Source of the DNA: Octopus bimaculoides
Lineage: Eukaryota
Reading direction: 5' to 3'
Length of the DNA: 34,744 nucleotides
NCBI RefSeq assembly: GCF_001194135.2
Contig: NC_068985.1
Location: forward strand, 78,877,239 to 78,911,982
This document shows, one piece after another, positions 9,850 to 19,185 of this stretch. The translations under genes and the position numbers were made by a program. The notes under the pieces are model-generated. The model searched no databases and was not told the DNA's origin. It saw nothing but the letters and a program-made list of their open reading frames with translations. The stretch's first letter is position 1, and the number at the start of each line of letters is the position of its first letter.

Positions 9850-10585
9850 TTGGGTCATCCCAGAAATAATGCAGGTTTTTTTATACTTTTATTTTCAAAA
9901 TTAAGATAACCAAAGTTCTTTTTTAATCTAAAATATACTCTCCTTCATTCTCTACAATGCTCTTCCATCTATCTGGTAGACATGCAAGGCCCCTCTTCCA
10001 AAATTCACTTGTCTGTGATGAAAAATACTCCTGCAGTACTGCTTTAACCTCATCAGCAGAATTCATATTTTTTCTGTCCAAATGATTTTGAAGACTGTGG
10101 AATAAATGATAATCAGATAGGGTAATGTCTGGTAAATATAGTGAGTTGGGCTTCATTTCCCATTCAAACTGCTCCAGCCTTTGAAATGTCTTCCTCATTC
10201 TATGTGGAAGAACACCTTTCATCTTGAAACTAAAGATGGTTGTTTTTCTTCTAATGCTGACTTAAGCCTCCAGGACAAGGCTCATCTTCTAATCTGTAGT
10301 TACTGGCTCAGAATTTCTGGAACTACCCTTGACACTGGCTTATGCTTATTGTCCAATTCCCATACAGTGCATTAATGTTCCTTGCACTTTCCATTGCGTT
10401 TTCGCCTTTATTGAACTCATAAAGCTAAAATCAAACCACACTCTTCAAAACTTGCACTAAGAAGGACAATGTAAAATTACTACCTGCTTTTATGGCAAGT
10501 TGATGCAGGTAGTTTATCCCATCCCCCTCCAACTTTTAGTTCATGCAATTGAAAAAAACCCACATTATTTATGGGAACAACCAAA
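9850..10585 (-). mobile_element. Internally deleted mariner transposon with TIRs and TA flanks
   Basis: TIRs TTGGGTCATCCCAGAAATAATGCAGGTTTT (9850-) and AAAACCCACATTATTTATGGGAACAACCAAA (-10585), with TA at 9848-49 and 10586-87. N-terminal LYEFNKGENAMESARNINALYG..SISQCQG*FQKF*ASNYRLEDEPCPG is joined near 10270 to SALEEKQPSLVSR*KVFFH and the C-terminal ORF 9923-10222 (PDITLSDYHLFHSLQNHL...FWKRGLACLPDRWKSIVENEGEYILD). Confidence 0.92.
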
Positions 10586-10759
10586 TATTTCACAAGGTCT
10601 TTGAAAGCACAGAGCGACCAGTTGCAATGTCACTTTTGCTCAAATGTCAAAAATATCGGTATTTAAGCATCTTTGCACACATGCACACACACAAACAAAC
10701 ACATACAGATGTATGTGATAAGCTTATTACAATTTCTGTCTACTTAATTTACCCACCAC

Positions 10760-10890
10760 ACACTGCCTGACTCAGGGCTATAGTAAAAAAAAAAAAAAAA
10801 AAGAACATTTCTTCAAAGTGCCACACAGTGCAAGTGAACTCCAAAATGTTATTGTAAAGTAAACTTTGTAACTATATGGCCATGCCTGCA
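10760..10890 (-). mobile_element. SINE family A 5' half, degenerate
   Basis: GGGCTATAGTA...CAAAGTGCCACACAGTG...GGCCATGCCT. Confidence 0.6.
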
Positions 10891-11122
10891 TTCACCAGCT
10901 GTGTATATGTATGATGAGCAAAATATCAGTGTTTAAGTACCTTTGCATAGGCACAAAAATACACACACATAATACTGATTAATGGGCATAATGCATTCCT
11001 GAGTTTCATAAGAGGCAACAGGGAGGTCATCTGGTCATAGAACACTATCTAAGAAAACCCATTTAATCCACCATACCAACGTGGAAAAGCAGACATATCA
11101 TGAGTATCATCTTCATTCTATG

Positions 11123-11331
11123 TGAGGGGGTGCTGAAAAGTTCCTGGCTTTAAGAGTATCGTGAAAGGCCTGGTTGGAGGCCCAGCCTTTAGAGTTCTTT
11201 TACAGAGCTTAGAAAAACTGAAAGACTGCTGCAATAAGTGTGTGAATCTGAGAGGGGAATATAATGAATAAAATCATGATCCTCCTGTATTTCCTTTTAC
11301 CCAAAGCCAGGAAATTTTCAGCACCCCCTCA
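11123..11331 (+). mobile_element. Mariner-derived MITE keeping the transposase C-terminus
   Basis: TIRs TGAGGGGGTGCTGAAAAGTTCCTGGCTTT / AAAGCCAGGAAATTTTCAGCACCCCCTCA. 11209-11271 reads LEKLKDCCNKCVNLRGEYNE*, like mariner 'KL..RW.KCV...G.Y.E'. Confidence 0.85.
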
Positions 11332-11338
11332 TGTGTTT

Positions 11339-11339
<1 letters not shown>

Positions 11340-11387
<48 letters not shown>

Positions 11388-12060
11388 CACACACACACAC
11401 ATGTATATGCAAGTACAAGCACACACATATAGACTTATATACATACACAGGCGTTTCTTTTCCTGGATATTTTTCAGATCCGATAATCTTCTTCCTCTTC
11501 TACTTAATCAAGAACATCATCACTACCATCACCATCATCATCCTCCTCCTCATCTTGATCATCAACTCCACATGACTATCATCATCATCATCATCATCAC
11601 CACATCACTATCATCATTATCACTATAATCATCATCATCTTTCCAACACCATCATTGATGCTGTTGTTTATTACACATTTTCTTGTTAGCAGCTATGAAC
11701 CAACATTCCACATTATCTGATAATCTCACCATAAATTATTCACATATCTCTCTCTGTCTCTGTTTCTCTCTCTCTCTCTCTTGTAGTTTACCCTCTTTTA
11801 TACCTTCTCTAATTTTTTTGTTTTTGTTTTTTGTCAGACACGTCTTATCAAAAATGATGCAACTTATGTATATTACAGATTGCAGGCAACCAAACCTACC
11901 ATTATATTATTATTTTTGCTGCTGTTGTTGCCTTCAAGATCACAGTTATCATCAAAATAATAATAATAATAATGATAACAACTACAACTAACATCACCAC
12001 AATCATCATCTCTCTTTCCATATCTCCATGACTACCAAACATTACAACAATCATTATTAC
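11340..12060. repeat. Compound microsatellite/low-complexity region: (CA)n, (TA)n, (CAT)n, (CT)n, (AAT)n
   Basis: Direct reading. Confidence 0.9.
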
Positions 12061-12095
12061 AATTATAATCATCACTATTACTATTTCATCACACC

Positions 12096-12329
12096 AATGA
12101 GGGAGCCTCTATATCTATATGCATATAGTTGGCTTGCTAGAAATATCAGCCAAATCTTCATTCAAATTCCACCAGGCACGGCTGCATGGTAAGAAGCTTG
12201 CTTCCCAACCACATGTTTCTGGGTTCAGTCCCACTGCATGGCACCCTGGGCAAATATCTTCTACTATATCCTCGGGCTGACCAAAGCCTTCTGAGTAGAT
12301 TTGGTAGACAGAAACTGAAAGAAGCCCAT

Positions 12330-12391
<62 letters not shown>

Positions 12392-12710
12392 AATATATAT
12401 ATATATGTATGTATGTATATATCTATGTGTATGTTTTTGTGTCTGTCCCCCTCCATTACTGCTTGACAACTGGTGTTGGCGTGTTTACATCCCCATAACT
12501 TAGCGGTTCAGCAAAAGAGGTAAACATAATAAGTACTAGGCTTTCAAAAAATAAGTCCTGGGATTGATTTGTTTGATTAAAAAAACCCTTTAAGGCAGTG
12601 CTCCAGCATGGCTGCAGTTAAATGACTGAAACGAGTAAAAGAATATTGTTTTAATGAAGGATGTTCTCAATCAGCTCTGACCAAAAGCTAGCTAACAACA
12701 TATACAACCA
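12096..12710 (+). mobile_element. Family C repeat (12096-12172, 12650-12710) interrupted by a family A SINE
   Basis: GCTAGAAATATCAGCCAAATC is shared with 17765, 26010 and 31790. The C-like 3' end (ATCAGCTCTGACC...CTAACAAC) resumes after the A copy. Confidence 0.55.
12174..12643 (+). mobile_element. SINE family A, full length: tRNA-like head, central (GT)n/(TA)n, conserved 3' half
   Basis: Head GGCTGCATGGTAAGAAGCTTG...GGGTTCAGTCCC (A/B-box-like); 3' GCAGTGCTCCAGCATGGCTGCAGTTAAATGACTGAAAC. Near-identical layout at 18018-18420. Confidence 0.9.
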
Positions 12711-12714
12711 CAAA

Positions 12715-12915
12715 AGTGGCAAACAGACAGAATTGTTAGCATGACTGCCAAGATGCTTAACAAAAATTTTTCCAGCTCTTTATGTTTTTGAGTTCAATTT
12801 CTACCAAGGGCAACTATGCATTTCCTCCTTTTTAGGTCAATAAAATAAGTACCAGTTGAGCACTGGGGTTGATGTAATGAAGTTCCCTCAAAATTGCTGG
12901 CATTGTGCCAAAATA
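12715..12915 (+). mobile_element. SINE family B
   Basis: CAGAATTGTTAGCATG...GAGTTCAATTTCT...AAATAAGTACCAGTTGAGCACTGGGGTTGATG. Confidence 0.8.
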
Positions 12916-12929
12916 AAAAAAGGATTTTT

Positions 12930-13315
12930 TTTCTATTTGTTTCAGTCATGGGATTGTGGCCAGACTGGGACACTACCTTGGGTTCTTTTAGTCAAAGAAT
13001 TCAACCTTTAGTATTTTTCGTTTCTATTTTTTTGTTTCAAATCTGGCACTTATTCTATTGGTCTCTTTTGCCAAACTGCTTAGTTACGGGGATGTAAGCA
13101 AACCAATGCCAGTTAACATGTAGTGGGGTGGGTAACAGATATACAAACACATGTACACAAAGCAGACTTCCACATAGTTTTCTTTTACCGAACTCACAAA
13201 GCAATGGTTGATTGGGAGCTATAGTAAAAGACCCTCACCCAAGGTGCTGTGCAATGCAACTGAATCCAAAACCACTTATTTGCAAAGTGAGGTTCTGGCA
13301 GAATCATTTGACACA
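12930..13315 (-). mobile_element. SINE family A, degenerate full length
   Basis: TTTGTTTCAGTCATG...CTTATTCTATTGGTCTCTTTTGCC...CCCAAGGTGCTGTGCAATG. Confidence 0.8.
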
Positions 13316-13319
13316 GTGC

Positions 13320-13680
13320 CTTGTAATATTAAAGCTCACTTTTTACATTGTAAGTTCAAATCCTACTAAAATTGACTTTGCCTTTCATCCCTCTGGGATT
13401 ACTTAACACTTTAGCATTCACATTATTTTGAATTAACCATGCATTCTCTTGTAGCTGTGAGATTTTGATGAGGTACCTGTTACTTTTTTAGAATGATATT
13501 GTAGGGTTGGTGTGAGTAATCAGATCTGGTGAGTATGAACATAAAACAGGTAGAACATTTTGGTCCGATATGGTCGGTTTAAATGCTAAAGGGTTACATA
13601 AAGTACCAGTCACATACTGGAGGGTCAATGCTATTAACTAAGACTTCTTCTAAAATCTGCCAGCCTTCTGCCAAAATAAA
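13320..13680 (+). mobile_element. SINE family B interrupted by a TTAA MITE
   Basis: AGTTCAAATCCTAC...GACTTTGCCTTTCATCCC (13350-13392) resumes as AAGTACCAGTCACATACTGG (13600-). Confidence 0.7.
13407..13593. mobile_element. piggyBac-like MITE
   Basis: TTAA|CACTTTAGCATTCA ... TAAATGCTAAAGGG|TTAC. TTAA target plus CCCT-type TIR ends are typical of piggyBac. Confidence 0.7.
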
Positions 13681-13909
13681 AAAAACCATTACTAATACAC
13701 AAGTTTAGTGATTCTTATCCTGGCAGAGAAACTGGGGCACTTTACAAGTTCAAAACAAACTGTTTACTGTTTGTTTCTCAGCAGTACTTGATGAGTTAAC
13801 AATTAATGCTAAAAAGTATGATTTCAAAAGAAAAAAGTGATACTCCCCACAAAAAGTTTTGAGGAGTCAGTGAGAGGCTAACTTATATTTGGTTATAAAT
13901 GGATGTGGT

Positions 13910-14233
13910 GAAGGTATGTTGCTTCGTGGTTAGAGTATTTGGCTCACGATTGTAAAGTCACGAGTTCAGTTCCCAGCGATATGTTGTGTCCTTGAGCAAG
14001 ACACTTATTTCACATTGCTCTAGTCCACTCAGCTGGCAAAAATGAATAGTACCGGTATTTCAAAGGGCCAGCTTTGTCAGATTCTGTGTCACACTGAATC
14101 TCCCTGAGAATTACGTTAAGAGTACACATGTCTGTGGAGTGCTCAGCCACATGCACATTAATTTCCTGAGCAGGCTATTCCATCAGTCACATCAACTGGA
14201 ACCTTCATTGTCATAACTGATGGAGTTCCAGTA
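13910..14233 (+). mobile_element. SINE family F-type head/core with tail type 1
   Basis: GTGGTTAGAGT...GAGTTCAGTTCCC, core TGTCCTTGAGCAAGACACTT...CCACTCAGCTG..AAATGA, tail GTATTTCAAAGGGCCAGC...GTCTGTGGAGTGCTCAGCCAC. Confidence 0.8.
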
Positions 14234-14417
14234 TAAATGGAGGTACTATGCATGTTGAACTGAGAGAGGGCACTTGACCATGGTAACCAAAGGAACCCAG
14301 AATCTATGACGTTTCCTGATTGACTCCCAGTGGCTTGGCTATCTTCCTTCAAAGAGATGGATAAAATATATTTTACAGTATTTATTTACATTTATTTGCT
14401 TGTATGTTTGGTTATGT

Positions 14418-14748
14418 GGAGGCACAATGGCCTTGTGGTTAGGGCAGTGGACTCGCGGTCGTAGGATCGCGGTTTCGATTCTCAAACCAGGCGTTGTGAG
14501 TGTTTATTGAGTGAAAACACCTAAAGCTCCACGAGGCTCCGGCAGGGGATGGTGGCGAACCCTGCTGTACTCTTCCACCACAACTTTCTCTCACTCTTTC
14601 TTCTTGTTTCTGTTGTACCTGTATTTCAAAGGGCCAGCCTTGTCACACTGTGTCACGCTGAATATCCCCGAGAACTACGTTAAAGGTACACGTGTCTGTG
14701 GAGTGCTCAGCCACTTGCACGTTAATTTCACGAGCAGGCTGTTCCGTT
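14418..14748 (+). mobile_element. Young CpG-rich tRNA-headed SINE with a different head/middle and tail type 1; truncated by gap
   Basis: A box TGGCCTTGTGGTT, B box GGTTTCGATTC. From GTACCTGTATTTCAAAGGGCCAGC onward it is collinear with 14050-14180. Confidence 0.8.
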
Positions 14749-15409
14749 NNNNNNNNNNNNNNNNNNNNNNNNNNNNNNNNNNNNNNNNNNNNNNNNNNNN
14801 NNNNNNNNNNNNNNNNNNNNNNNNNNNNNNNNNNNNNNNNNNNNNNNNNNNNNNNNNNNNNNNNNNNNNNNNNNNNNNNNNNNNNNNNNNNNNNNNNNNN
14901 NNNNNNNNNNNNNNNNNNNNNNNNNNNNNNNNNNNNNNNNNNNNNNNNNNNNNNNNNNNNNNNNNNNNNNNNNNNNNNNNNNNNNNNNNNNNNNNNNNNN
15001 NNNNNNNNNNNNNNNNNNNNNNNNNNNNNNNNNNNNNNNNNNNNNNNNNNNNNNNNNNNNNNNNNNNNNNNNNNNNNNNNNNNNNNNNNNNNNNNNNNNN
15101 NNNNNNNNNNNNNNNNNNNNNNNNNNNNNNNNNNNNNNNNNNNNNNNNNNNNNNNNNNNNNNNNNNNNNNNNNNNNNNNNNNNNNNNNNNNNNNNNNNNN
15201 NNNNNNNNNNNNNNNNNNNNNNNNNNNNNNNNNNNNNNNNNNNNNNNNNNNNNNNNNNNNNNNNNNNNNNNNNNNNNNNNNNNNNNNNNNNNNNNNNNNN
15301 NNNNNNNNNNNNNNNNNNNNNNNNNNNNNNNNNNNNNNNNNNNNNNNNNNNNNNNNNNNNNNNNNNNNNNNNNNNNNNNNNNNNNNNNNNNNNNNNNNNN
15401 NNNNNNNNN
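14749..15409. other. Assembly gap
   Basis: N run. Confidence 0.99.
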
Positions 15410-15440
15410 ACACACATACACACACACACACATATATATG

Positions 15441-15540
15441 GAGAAAAGGAATTGAAATGGCTTTTCTGATAACTTTTCCACTTTAATAATGAAATGCTTG
15501 TGGAAAAATTATCAGAAAAGTCATTTCTATTCATTTTTTC
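15441..15540. other. Long stem-loop (candidate pre-miRNA or miniature MITE)
   Basis: GAAATGGCTTTTCTGATAACTTTTCCAC (15454-81) pairs with GTGGAAAAATTATCAGAAAAGTCATTTC (15500-27) around an 18-nt loop, with an imperfect basal extension. Confidence 0.5.
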
Positions 15541-15591
15541 AAATATATAATACTATACCAAGAATTTTCTACTTCGTATTCTAATGTGGAT

Positions 15592-15629
<38 letters not shown>

Positions 15630-15984
15630 ATACACACACAATAAATATACATACATAAATGAAGAGATGGTGGTGTCTCTATATTGCCTTTCTATGCATC
15701 TAATGTGGTATACTTCATTTCTAGTTTTGCAAATTAAAATTGTGTGGGTTGGTTGATTAGTTGTGCCTTCCCTGCAGTTGTCAGTGAATGGTGTTTTCTT
15801 AAATGGGTATGAATTACATAGTTAATGACTTGATGGATCTGTTTGTTTTATCTCTTACTTTGATTTTTTTCAGTTTTATGTTATGTCATACTTTTCAAAA
15901 TTTGAAACTTGTTTTTGTCATACAAAGAGTTTTTTTCTTGCACAGACTTTGTTTTTCTTTCTGATCTGTTTCCATACTCTTTTA

Positions 15985-16390
15985 CTCTTTTACTTGTTTC
16001 AGTCGTTTGACTGTGGCCATGCTGGAGCACCACCTTTAGTCGCGCAAATCGACCCCAGGACTTATTCTTTGGAAGCCTAGTACTTATTCTATTGGTCTCT
16101 TTGCCGAACCGCTAAGTAACGGGGATGTAAACACGCCAGCATCGGTTGTCAAGCGATGTTGGGGGGGGACAAACACAGACNNNNNNNNNNTATATATATA
16201 TATATATATATATATGTACATATATACGACAGGCTTCTTTCAGTTTCCGTCTACCAAATCCACTCAGAAGGCTTTGGTCGGCCCGAGGCTATAGTAGAAG
16301 ACACTTGCCCAAGATGCCACGCAGTGGGACTGAACCCGGAACCATGTGGTTGGTAAGCAAGCTACTTACCACACAGCCACTCCTACGCCA
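15985..16390 (-). mobile_element. SINE family A, young full-length copy (CpG-rich, 10-N gap in the central TA tract)
   Basis: TTACTTGTTTCAGTCGTTTGACTGTGGCCATGCTGGAGCACC...GGACTGAACCCGGAACCATGTGGTTGG. Confidence 0.92.
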
Positions 16391-16609
16391 TGTTTACTTT
16401 AGTACATAGAGTACACTCCGTTAGCATTGTTGCTGATGATGTCTCCTTTATATACCCTGATCTGATCTCATTGGTTGTATCCAGAGAACTGTAGATAATG
16501 AATGAAATCCTGAATATGCTTTCTTGGTTTCAGGGTGTACACGATACACCTTTCTTTTGATCCTTGCTAGGTCTACTATTAAGTTATTTTGGCATTTGTT
16601 GATATAGCA

Positions 16610-16842
16610 CAGTGTTTCTCAACTGGGGTCCATATAAGATTTTGTTGTTAATATGTGCAATACATTGGTTATACTTCTACAGTACACAAAATATTTTAAT
16701 AATTTTTTTATACAATTCTTTATAATATATATTTATAAAAATATAATAGGATATTTTTAAACATCAAATGGTTATGAGGATTCACCTGAGTAAAATAGAA
16801 ACCAAAACATGTCCATAGGCAAAAAAAGGTTGAGAATCACTG
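16610..16842. mobile_element. hAT (Charlie-like) MITE
   Basis: TIRs CAGTGTTTCTCAAC / GTTGAGAATCACTG; 8-bp TSD ATATAGCA (16602-09) / ATGTAGCA (16843-50). Confidence 0.88.
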
Positions 16843-16902
16843 ATGTAGCAGATCTTCACCATAAGTTTTATATAATGTGTAAGTGAAGGATTTGATTCTT
16901 AC

Positions 16903-17118
16903 CCTTAATAATATCTTGCCAAAATTTTGTATTGAGAATTGCTAACCTTTTGTTGTGGTGGTTCAACGAGTAACTAATGGTAACTTTAATGCTTTGGTAG
17001 ATGTAGTTTGCTATATATTGAATATTTTCCACTGTATGTTTTTCTACTACCTTAATGACATTTTGTGGGCTTGATTTAGTCACGATGTTTATGTTATTGA
17101 TATAATGAGAATACATGA
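16903..17118 (-). CDS. Candidate 216-nt symmetric (phase 1) coding exon of an unidentified host gene
   Basis: CCATACCTCTAG| ... open frame VMYSHYINNINIVTKSSPQ...LNTKFWQDIIKG |GTAAGA. No homology recognised; could be chance. Confidence 0.2.
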
Positions 17119-17754
17119 CTAGAGGTATGGATTTCATTATTTCATCCCATTTGAAATGATTAGCCCATCATATCATGAAAAGTTTGACTATGTCTCCAAC
17201 AATGCCAACACCAATGTCTGTACTCTTTGTGCACAGAGAAATTGCGAAACTAGAAATATAGTGTACTGCATGTGTGTAGACTGATAGATAGGTGTAGAAA
17301 TGAAACGAGAGTTGTGGAGGTTACAAATTTCTGTTAGCAGTTTGACTCAGGCTTCCTTTATTATAAGCTTCACAGATCTACAAGGCCTATCTGATAGTTT
17401 GAACATGTGAATACCTAGTGGTGAAATGGTGATAAATTCAAAACAAAGATATCATTGGATAGGTGAGGCTCAGTTTGTATCATGTTATGGAATCAGTAAA
17501 TCTTTACAACTACTACATATTTACTGTAACTGGCAGGCAGCTAGTGAATTTGAGGCATGTCTGTCATGATAGGAATAGTCTACTTTGCTTTCATTAGAAA
17601 TACTAGTGAAATCTAAACTTCCAATCAAATTAATAGTGTTTGTCTAAGTTAACTGCTTAAAATTAGCTAACAGAGAACTTCAATGGTGATACCATATGAC
17701 AGTTCATCCTTGAACAATTTCAATAGCATATCAGTTGCTAGCTATACACCCAAT

Positions 17755-17945
17755 CCTCCACTTCTTGTTAGAAATAGCAGTCAAATTTAAGATCACTCAT
17801 CACCATGTAAAATATGGAACATTACGAAATGTCACCACAGATTTTCAAAGCAAAATGAGATGGTCACAACTAGAAAGCATTTGATCATAGATCAGTTCAA
17901 GCAAGGTTGGACTGGGGTTAAAAACCACATCTCTACAAATCAACA
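17755..17945 (+). mobile_element. Family C repeat
   Basis: GTTAGAAATAGCAGTCAAAT...GATGGTCACAACTAGAAAGCATTTGATCATAG...CTGGGGTTAAAAAC; similar to 31765-31990 and 30690-30780. Confidence 0.65.
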
Positions 17946-18017
17946 TCCTCACTATCATCACTTTCTCTACCAATATCATCACTACCATGAGAACCTGTTT
18001 AATTGACATCAACAATA

Positions 18018-18150
18018 GGTGCAGGCATGGCTGTGTGGTAAGAAGCTTGCTTTCCAATTACATGGTTCTGGGTTCAGTCCCACTGTGCAGCACCTTGGGC
18101 AAGTGCTTTCTACTATAACCCCAGGCCAACCAAAGTCTTGTGAATGCATG

Positions 18151-18182
<32 letters not shown>

Positions 18183-18420
18183 TATATATATATCTGTGTG
18201 TGTGTCTCTTTGTATCTATGTTTGCGCCCCCTCCACTGCTTGATGACTGGTGCTGGTGTGTTTATGTCCCCGTAACTTAGCAGTTCAGCAAAAAGAACCA
18301 ATAGACTAAGTACTAGGCTTACAAAAAATAAGTCTTGGGATCGATTTCTTCAACTAAAAACCCTTTAAGGTGGTGCTCCAGCATGGCCACAGTTAAATGA
18401 CTGAAACAAGAGAAAGAATA
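18018..18420 (+). mobile_element. SINE family A, full length
   Basis: Collinear with 12174-12643; central (TATG)n. Confidence 0.9.
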
Positions 18421-18714
18421 TTATTTTATATGCGCTTTTTCCATACTAGCATGGTTCGGGAGAGACTTATTCAGGCATCATTCTAAGTTAGATGTCTTTC
18501 CAGTTGCCAGGCCTGGTTTACAAGCATTTTATTCCATTAGTTTTCACATTCTGAAATAGCTGAAACCAATGAGCTGAGAGACATATTACTTAAAGGCTCC
18601 ATATGGTTGCAAAGCAAACTTTGTAACCACACAACCATGCTTACTAAACCATCTTCAGACATTACCCAACAGTTTTTAGGCAAATATACTTGATAATCAA
18701 CCATTTATTTTTAA

Positions 18715-18866
18715 GGTGTGACTGTGTAGCAAGAAGCTTGCTTCCCAACTACACAGTTCTGGGTTCAGTCCCACTGCATGGCACCTTGGGCAAGTGTCTT
18801 CTAGTATAGCCTTGGGCCAACCAAAGCCTTGTGAATGGATTTGTAGATGAAAATTGAGAGACGCCT

Positions 18867-18907
<41 letters not shown>

Positions 18908-19185
18908 TTTCGTCCCTTTATTAGACTATTTTCCTTAGTCATTGCACGGTGATTGCCATAAGCTTTAAGCTTGTATAAAAATACCATGTATGTGTGCGTG
19001 CGTCTTTGTGACTGTTCCCCACCATTGCTTGATAACTGGTGGTGGTGTGTTTACAACTCAACTTAGTGGTTCAGCAAAAGAGACCAATACAATAAGTACC
19101 AGGCTTTGATTTGTTCGTCTAAAACCCTTTAAGGCTGTGCTCCAATATGACCACAGTCAAATGATTGAAACAATTAAAAGATAAA
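18715..19185 (+). mobile_element. SINE family A with ~85 bp of extra sequence in the central TA tract
   Basis: A head 18715-18868, (TA)n, unrelated 18907-18990, A 3' half 18995-19185. Confidence 0.85.

Noticed and set aside
12115-12456. ORF with 'CHAVGLNPE.CGW' peptide, recurring at 16156 and 18697
   Set aside because: Translation of the SINE A head, not a gene family.
14418-14495. tRNA gene
   Set aside because: A/B boxes are present but there is no convincing acceptor stem, and it runs straight into a SINE body. The same applies to all other tRNA-like heads.
14511-15534. 262-314 aa ORFs
   Set aside because: They span the N gap; the flanks are SINE and (CA)n sequence.
17125-17285. Cys-rich plus-strand reading (VCTLCAQRNCETRNIVYCMC)
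   Set aside because: Short, stop-bounded, no good splice donor and no recognisable zinc-finger spacing.
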